A stretch of DNA of 64,000 nt from Octopus vulgaris (lineage: Eukaryota). The stretch is taken from contig OX597821.1 in NCBI GenBank assembly GCA_951406725.2, forward strand, positions 87,358,001 to 87,422,000, written 5' to 3'. The notes beneath the pieces were generated by a model. The model made no database searches, was not told the origin of the DNA, and worked only from the letters and a program-made list of their open reading frames with translations. Of this stretch, positions 55,441 through 64,000 are shown piece after piece (position 1 is the stretch's first letter; each line of letters starts with the position of its first letter). Both the position numbers and the translations under genes were made by a program.

Positions 55441-56154
55441 ACATGTTGGGGGGGGGGGACAAGTTCTCTTTATAGATGAATTCCAAAAATTGAACTGTTA
55501 TTTCACAGAATATGCTTAAAATACTACGCATGAAATGTGTGCGCGTGCGTGTGTACGTGCGTGCGTGTGTGTGGTGTGTGTGTGTGTGTGTATGTGTGTA
55601 CATGAATGAGTTAACGTAATTATGAGCATACGTATCTGTACGTACATCAGTTTTTCTTTATTGAAATCTCTCTGTAGCGAAAATAAAAAAAAGAAAACTA
55701 ATAATTCATGGTTCAAAAAATGATTTATTTAATGTGTTTTGCTTTATCTCTACGCCCTGAATCGAACCCTTAATCCGAAGAGGTACTTTTTTTTTTCTAC
55801 TTGCTGAAGCTGTAGAAGATGGAGAAGATTCATTCGATAATTAAGTGAATAAGGAACTGATCGAAGAAACAAAATAGAGGAATTATGGTGAATTTCATTA
55901 ATTTATCATTCAATACAGCATCATCGATCATGTTTCATTTTTACCTCATCTTCCTTCTTCCCCCCTCCCACCGGCAACCTTTAACTTGAAACAGAGATAT
56001 GCAGAGATAGAGAGTGAAAATAGGAGAAAGAGAAAGAGAGAGAGAGGGGGGAAGTGATAGAGCGAGCGAAAGAGGAGACCGAGAGAGAGAGTGTGTGCGA
56101 GAGAGAGTTGCGAGAGAAAGAGAGAGTGTGTGCGAAAGAGAGAAAGTTGCGGGA

Positions 56155-56191
<37 letters not shown>

Positions 56192-56467
56192 GGAGAGAGT
56201 GCGCACGAGAGAAAGAGAGTGTACGAGACAGAAAGCGAGAGGAAAATGGGACACACACACACACACATGAGTAGAAAGAGAGAGAGAGAGAGAGAGAGAG
56301 GGGAGAGAGAGGGAGAGAGGGAGAGAGAGAGAAAGAAAATGGGATATATACCTAGACGTGTATATGTATGTGTGTGTGTTCATGTGTGTGTATAATATAT
56401 ATATTTATATATGTATATATATATATCTATGTGTACATATATATATATATATATATACACACACACG

Positions 56468-56533
<66 letters not shown>

Positions 56534-57599
56534 CACACACACACATATATATATATAAGGAGAGAGAGAGGGAGAGAGAGGGGAAGGAGAGAATATGGGA
56601 AAGAAAAAAGAGGGAGAAAGAAAGAGAGGGAGATAGAAAGGGAAGAAGTGAGTGAGAAAGAATGGGGGAAAGCGAGATGGGGGGAGGGAGAAATGGAAGT
56701 TTCAGGAAAAAAAATTATATAAGAAATTTCAATTCTATTTTAAACCGGAAATTATTATTTTCTAAAACACATGTTTCTTTTTCTTCTTTATTTATTTTTT
56801 CAGTTTCGAAATATTTATCTTTTTTTTTAAAATTTTTTTTCTGTTTATGGTTGTTCTTTGTGTTGGCGAGTACCATATACTTGACTCATACACATACTTT
56901 CACACACATACACGCGTGCGCGATCACACACACACACACAGAGGCAAGGCACACAGATATAATTTTGTGTGTGAGTGTAAGTGTGCATTGCGTGTACGTG
57001 TGTATGTGTGTAATATGTGTGTATGTGTGTGTGTGTGTTATTGTGTATAAACATAATAGTTATTTCTCTGCAGGAAATGTTTGATTTTTAATCTTGTAGT
57101 CAGGAGAGTTCCAGACGAAAAGATTACAGAAAAAAAGAAATTATAGGGTTTTCGAAACTTGTAAGGAAAGAGAGAAGAATGGTGACCTTGAAGTAGAAAC
57201 TTGGCCCGAATGCTAGCAATATAGTGGACCCCTCTACGGTTACCCAAGGTGCCAAGAGATGTTAAAACGGGTCTCGGGTTGTCTACCATTCAAAGTGGTC
57301 ATGGCGGGATTTCAACTCAGAACGCAATGTACCGAAGCAAATATCAAAGGCATCCGGTTCAACGTTTTTACAGTTCCGCCAATCCCCAGCCTTAGGTTGA
57401 TAATTTTTTTATCGATTCCTAGAAGGATGGAAGGCAAAATTGGCCTCGGTTGGATTTGAACACAGGACGCAAAGGGTCAAAATAAATACTGTGAACCGTT
57501 CCATTCGAAGGATTCAGCCAGTTTGCCACCTGAAAGTAGTTTTTGTTTGTTGTGTCTCTAATGGAACAAAACAAAGCGGTGTAAACAGCATGTTCTAAA

Positions 57600-58055
57600 A
57601 TGACATCTTGCCACCTCTTTTGGGAGTGTGATCACTATACAATAAACGAGTATTTACTTGTACTTGTGGCGACATTCACCCTGGGCAGGTTGAGTCAGCT
57701 TCTTCTACCACCCTCGAGGCATCTCCAACCATGGCAGTGGAAGAAGTTTCGTGGGAATATGAATTTCACAAGCGGTCCCCAACAATCCCGCATGTAGAGA
57801 CATCCTGTTTGCCGCAGATTGTCCGCGGACGCAGGGACAGAACGACCGAGGAGCCGCCGGTTGCCGAAACAGACACTCCGAGGATTTTCACCAGAGCCCC
57901 GTCTGCCGGGTTGTGGCCCTAATACCGCTCGGTGTCAGACCAATCCGCCTTGGGTGGCCCTACCAGGAACCGAAGTTCCCGACGGCATAGCTCTGACACT
58001 ATCCGTTGCCAGCGTCCCCACCACGGTGAGGAGGGGATGGACTGTAGTATTTAGT
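57600..58055 (+). mobile_element. Possible internally deleted LTR (Gypsy-like) remnant
   Basis: GC-rich island; aataaa then PBS-like tggcgac at about 57667; purine tract gaggagggga followed by tgtagt at about 58043. No paired LTR found. Confidence 0.25.
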
Positions 58056-58305
58056 TGAAGCTTTTCCACGAATCTGGAGATGATGCCATGATGCCACCCA
58101 TTCGTCAATCTAAGACCACGGTAACCAAACGTTTCGATCATTTCTGAAATTGAATCCGCACTCTTGGCATTGATCCGAGTTGTATTTAGCGACTAAAGCT
58201 TCTAATATACAGACATTAATCACTGGGTGAATATTTTTTACTTACTTACACAGAAGTCCAAATCGACATATACGTGAAAAAGAATAATGGTGATCTGTTG
58301 CAAGT

Positions 58306-60976
58306 CTACGTGATGTACTGGTATGATTGAGTGAATTTTACTTCATACATCTCGATTTTGACTAAAGAAGATAACCGCTTAGTATGATTGCTAACAAACA
58401 GATCAAACAGCATTGATCAGGTGTCGATCAATGCGTAATGTAGTTCCACACACCTGTGTATAATAGTGACGTTATACCAAGCTTCTTTGCCATTACATTT
58501 AAACATCTGAATAATGTGTATATTGTTGCAAATTTATCATTTGGAAGAATAAGATAACAAAATAACGTGAGACTCAGTATATTTACCAATAAGTATTTCT
58601 CTGTAGTTTACTCATCATTATTTTAGTTTACCTTGTCTTTAATGTTCTCTGCTTATGACTGAAAATGCAAAATACTGGCCAGAACGGTATTGAAAAGATA
58701 AAGAATTATCAATGATATTCTGTCATTAAATCTATATAGAAATCCATAAATATTCATTCAGATCTATAGTGAAGCAATATTTTTGCCAACGCACAAAGCA
58801 TTACAGCATTTCAAAGTTGGCTAATATATATTACAAAAGTAAATATAGTTTCGTTAATAATAAATGATTTCTTAAATTTATACTGCTTATAATTTTATAA
58901 TTTCTGTCGGTGAGATTGATGTAACTTTATGGTAAATGTTTAGTAGAAAATTTAATCTGAGGTACTGCGTTGAACCAAGTGTTCTACCATCTTGATTCAG
59001 TCATTTTGGTAACTTAAGACGAGAACATTTATATTTAATTTTTAAGATTATTTTTCAATAACTACAGCAACATTTTAGAAGTACAGGTACGATCTCACAC
59101 AAATATATAAAGTTGAGGATAATGCCAGTGTTTTAGCTGAACAATGAAAAGCGTCTAGAACTGTCTGCGCGCGCATGCATACGTAAACACACAGACACAG
59201 ACACACACACACTTCTAAAAATAATAATATATATTTCTTTACTACCCACAAGGGGCTAAACACAGAGGGGACAAACAAGGACAGACAAACGGATTAAGTC
59301 GATTATATCGACCCCAGTGCGTAACTGGTACTTAATTTATCGACTCCGAAAGGATGAAATGCAAAGTTGACCTCGGCGGAATTTGAACTCAGAACGTAGC
59401 GGCAGACGAAATACGGCTACGCATTTCGCCCGGTGTGCTAACGCTTCTGCCAGCTCGCCGCCTTAAAATACCCATTTCTTTACTACCCACAAGGGGCTAC
59501 ACACAGAGAGGACAAACAAGGACAGACAAATGAATTAAGTCGATTATCAGTGCGTAACTGATACTTAATTTATCGACCCCGAAAGGATGGAAGGCAAATT
59601 CGACCTCGGCGGAATTTGAACTCAGAACGTAGCGGCAGACGAAATACTGCGAAGCATTTCGCCCGGCGTGCTAACGTTTCTGCCAGCTCGCCGCCTTACT
59701 TCTAAAAATAATAATATAAACGTTTAAATAGACCATGTGCTTGCTTCCAATGATAAAAGCTTAAGCATTTCTTATTAAATGTAAAGAATATTGTTGGGAT
59801 TTGCCACTACATGAAAGTATATTAACCAAGAAATTTCCTTTTCACATGAAACAATAACCGGCTTTTCTTTTTCTGCGTTACATACGATTTACAAGGATTT
59901 TAAATAGATTTTAGTTATTGATCTTCACAACCACGTGAAGATCTTGGGAGAAATGCTGATGGATATCAGTTTTTGGGTCTACTGTTCTATTTATAAAAGT
60001 CTTAACTTTTGAGCCTCATGTAACTGTCTACAAGTACTTAAAAAACCCACCCAACAAAGTTAATTGAAAACGAAACAGAATGTATCAAAACAATAGACAC
60101 TAAAAAATTACGAAAGACAAAAAAGCAATCTAATTACATCCATTTCTCTTCTTTACATCACAACACACAACCCCAAAATCACACAAACATACAACATTCA
60201 TTTCTACTCTAGGCACAAGTCCCGAAATTTTTCGGGAAGGGCCAGTCGATTAGATCGACCACAGTACGCATTTTGTACTTAATTTATCGACCCCGAAAGG
60301 ATGAAAAGTAAAGTCGACCTCGGCGGAATTTCAACTCAGAACGTAAAGACAGAGGAAATAGAACTAAGCATTTTGCACGGCTGCTAACGATTCTGCCAGC
60401 TCACCGCTTTATCTCAAACATACAACATTATCCATCAAAATAATCGTTATTGAAACATGAAGTAAGTATGGTAAAAGTACTCGAAATACACAAAACAATC
60501 AAGAGTAAAAGGCAGGTAAAAAATGACTTACCAGCACGAAATTACTCACCAAAAACAAAACACCGATAATCACCTTAATTGTGGGACCTGCATCAACCAT
60601 AATAGAAAATATATTTTATAAATCTTAATCGTGGAGTATTTTCATGGTAAAACAAGAATCATTTCATCTGCCCGTCAAAAATTTAATCTCTGATTTTGTT
60701 TCAAATTTTGGCATAAGGCCAATACATTCGTAGGGGAAGTGCGCAATTGGTACTTATTTTATCGACTCCGAAAGGATGAAAGGCAAATTCGGCCTCGGTA
60801 GAATATAAACTCAGAACGAAAAGACGAGCAAAATGCCGCTAAGCATTTTGATCGGCGCACTGACGAGTCTATTAATTTGCTGCCTTAATTTAATTAATGG
60901 TATTAAATGCAATCACTGAAACGAATATTACATAAAATAAACGAAACTTACCTTGAGTAAATAACTCAATATTCAT
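58306..60976 (-). CDS. Hypothetical small spliced ORF (~85 aa) of unknown function
   Basis: Six phase-compatible GT-AG exons: 60976-60952, 60587-60532, 59136-59099, 58658-58632, 58506-58454, 58361-58306; no recognised homology. Confidence 0.2.
59232..59697 (-). mobile_element. Two full SINE B (tail-1) copies in tandem
   Basis: 21-bp TSD acttctaaaaataataatata at 59211-59231 and 59698-59718. Confidence 0.9.
60201..60408 (-). mobile_element. SINE B (tail-2)
   Basis: Matches B; caaacatacaacatt is duplicated on both sides. Confidence 0.88.
60700..60886 (-). mobile_element. Diverged SINE B
   Basis: ttttatcgactccgaaaggatgaaaggcaaa core. Confidence 0.75.
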
Positions 60977-61171
60977 TGGCAACAAATACGAGATTTTGAT
61001 ACCACATAGATTCCGTTAAACGAGCATTTAAGCTTATGTGCAACAAACAAATCACCAAGGTAGCGAAAGGAGAGAGCTCGGAGATGGGAGAGTATCTGTT
61101 AGAGGCCGAATACCAGCCAGTCGAGTGGACCTTCTGTGGATGCAGTCCAGGATGTCTTTCTGCATTCCAGA

Positions 61172-61575
61172 CTAGCAGTATCGCTCAGCGTTGCTCGGGT
61201 TTGTAAGGGAAATAACTATTTAAGTATTTTTAGAGATGTAAAGTATAATAGCCATCTCAATATGGCTAACCACAAAGGGGGGGGGGGTGTTACTGTAGCT
61301 TTTTACGTTCTGAGATTTAATAATAAATTTTTAGAGAGTTACTTCCCTTATATATATATGCCAAAAATGCATTAAAAATGGGAAAAGTTGATGGTAATTT
61401 TTTTTTTAAATCGTAGACTCATCGTAGACGCGCGCTAATACCCAGAAGGGCTCGAAATCAATCACGACTATAAGATACCCGGTTTTGGTTAAACTGCAGC
61501 GCAAAATGTGGGAGTAGTTAGGAATCTAAATCGTAGGAGACAGACAGCACACAACCTCTCTTTTATATATAAAGA
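61172..61575 (-). mobile_element. Non-autonomous Helitron
   Basis: Reverse complement of 54099-54494 with TC...CTAG ends at an A|T site. Confidence 0.9.
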
Positions 61576-61891
61576 TATGTCAATAAAGCCTTGCAGAGTG
61601 TCGAAAGCTATTGGGGGGTTGACATGACTAATCTTAGAGATGCGGTTCGAGCTATGTTTAGAATGTGCTTTTGCCAGGAGAGGTTATTGGTGATAATAGA
61701 GAGGGATCAGAGAGAGAGAGAGATGGAGAGAGAAAGAGGGAGAGAGAAAGAGAGAACATCAAATGTGGACGTACAGAGACACATATATAGCTAGCATAAT
61801 GTGTGTATATATATGTACATACATGACTGTGTGTGTATGTGTCTATGTATGTGCTTGTATATAAATGTATCGCTCTCTCTCTATCTGTCTA

Positions 61892-61927
<36 letters not shown>

Positions 61928-62177
61928 TATATATATATATATGTCTATGTATGTATATATCTGCATATATATACATATATATATATATGTATCTGTATCT
62001 GTATATGTATGTATCTATATCTGTATATGTGTGTATATATATATTCATATGTGTGTCTATATAGGTAATACAATATATAGAAATAAACGTGTGTGTGTGA
62101 GAGAGAGAGAGAGAGGAGGAAAGAGCGAGCGCAGTATTATGTATATACATATATATGTATATATGTATATATATATG

Positions 62178-62225
<48 letters not shown>

Positions 62226-62891
62226 TATATACATATATATATATACATATGCATATATATATATACACATATGTATATATATATGTATATATATATATAC
62301 AAGTATATAAATATATATGTGTATACGTGTATATATATATATATAGTTGGAATTTATCAAAAAACAAAACACGAAGATATAGTATATATATACGAATGTG
62401 ACTATATAAGTAATACAAATATATACAAATAAGCGTGTGCGTGAGAGAGAGAGAGATGGAGGGAGGGATGGAGGGAGGGAGTGAGGAGGGAGGAAAGGGG
62501 GAGCGCAGGATTATGATTGCGCTTATTTTTCATTCGATGGCCTCGGCGTCGGACTGGGAAGGTCCATCAGAATGTGATAGAGTGCAAAATTCCGATGTAG
62601 CTAAGGTTATTGAGATTTTTCAAGGGGACACTGCATGGCCGCGAAATTAATTTAAAAGCTCGTACCTGGAAGCTGTGTAGATTTGTATATCCTAACCTCG
62701 TTTTGCCCAAGGCTAAAGCCACCAGTATATTAAAAGCAAATTGCAATTCATGAACGAATGATTGAGTTGAGATGAAATGCTGAAGGAATATGCTTCTCTC
62801 ACCTTATTTCACTCACTCGTTCTTCTCTTTCACTTTTGTTGTTGCCATTATTTCTTACTCATCTCACTTGTTCGCGTTCAATATGCCTACA

Positions 62892-62924
<33 letters not shown>

Positions 62925-63216
62925 TTGTGTGTGTGTATGTATGTATATATGGCGAATATGTGAGTGTATGTATCAGTATACATATATGTGAAAATGGCTA
63001 GTATGTATATATATATATATTTATATATGCATGTACGTATTGTGCGTATATATAATGATAGAGAGAGAGAGGTGTATGGGAGAGGGATGGACACAGTGAG
63101 GGGAGCAAGTTTATGGAAGTGGAAATATAGGTACATATTTGTTTACAAAAGCACATAGATATAAAGAGTCCAAGCAAAAAAGGAAAGATATATACATACA
63201 TATATATCCCACACGC

Positions 63217-63264
<48 letters not shown>

Positions 63265-63586
63265 CTCGCCATTTACACATATATGTATACCGATACATAC
63301 TCTCACATATTCGTTATATGCAACAGAAGAAGTATTAGATTAAAATAGCCCCTGTGCATCGTGCTTAATGGTAATCTGTCGCTAAAAGCCAACTAACTAC
63401 AATATTCTTACGGAGATGCTATGGACGTGCTGTGTTGAAAAATTACGATATATATCGAGGCAGACGAAAATCATCTGAGCAGTAGCAGATGAGTATGCTG
63501 CATTCACATTTTTATCACGTTGGGCGTTGTCAGTAGCGTGTACTCACAGTCAGCCGCATGCTATGACGAAATCTGTCATTATCAAT

Positions 63587-63976
63587 ATGGATGGAAGCAC
63601 TCCGTCGGTTACGACGACGAGGGTTCCGGTTGATCCGAATCAACGGAACAGCCTGCTCGTGAAATTAACGTGTAAGTGGCTGAGCACTCCACAGACACGT
63701 GTACCCTTAACGTAGTTCGCGGGGATATTCAGCGTGACACAGAGAGTGACAAGGCCGGCCCTTTGAAATACAGGTACAACAGAAACAGGAAGAAAGAGTG
63801 AGAGAAAGTTGTGGTGAAAGAGTACAGCAGGGATCACCACCATCCCCTGCCGGAGCCTCGTGGAGCTTTAGGTGTTTTTGCTCAATAAACACTCACAACG
63901 CCCGGTCTGGGAATCGAAACCGCGATCCTACGACCGTGAGTCCGCTGCCCTAACCACTGGACCATTGCGCCTCCAC
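63587..63976 (-). mobile_element. SINE C
   Basis: Near-identical to 40237-40627; TSD-like ttatc(a/g)atat. Confidence 0.9.
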
Positions 63977-64000
63977 TTATCGATATAGAAAAACAGGGAA

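Noticed and set aside
58570-58620. Box C (ATGATGA) and box D (CTGA) on the minus strand in a putative intron
   Set aside because: Too short, no terminal stem and no recognisable rRNA guide

Overview
Repeat-dominated, AT-rich eukaryotic DNA (intergenic or a giant intron). It is most likely from an octopus/coleoid cephalopod; this is inferred from the tRNA-derived SINE families and the extreme (TA)n/(CA)n/(GA)n/(ATCT)n density. No intact, recognisable host protein-coding gene is present, and almost all ORFs in the track are microsatellite or SINE read-through. The window contains more than 30 copies of four tRNA-headed SINE types (called A-D here) that swap body and tail modules, three non-autonomous Helitrons and one Helentron-type (HINE-like) element. 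It also holds a Merlin-like MITE, a decayed Tigger/pogo transposase, a LINE ORF1 with a CCHC knuckle, an RTE 3' end, and Penelope-like (Naiad-type) RT and GIY-YIG remnants. The two best leads are (1) several minimal type I hammerhead ribozyme motifs, some with non-canonical cores, in short inserts within microsatellites, and (2) SINE B concatemers with a fixed hairpin junction (GAAATA-GG-TATTTC) under single target-site duplications. Also noted: a Helitron with a 56-bp flanking duplication, a homogeneous 37-bp array, several long inverted repeats, and a possible small multi-exon gene on the minus strand near 58-61 kb. Boundaries of old repeats are approximate.
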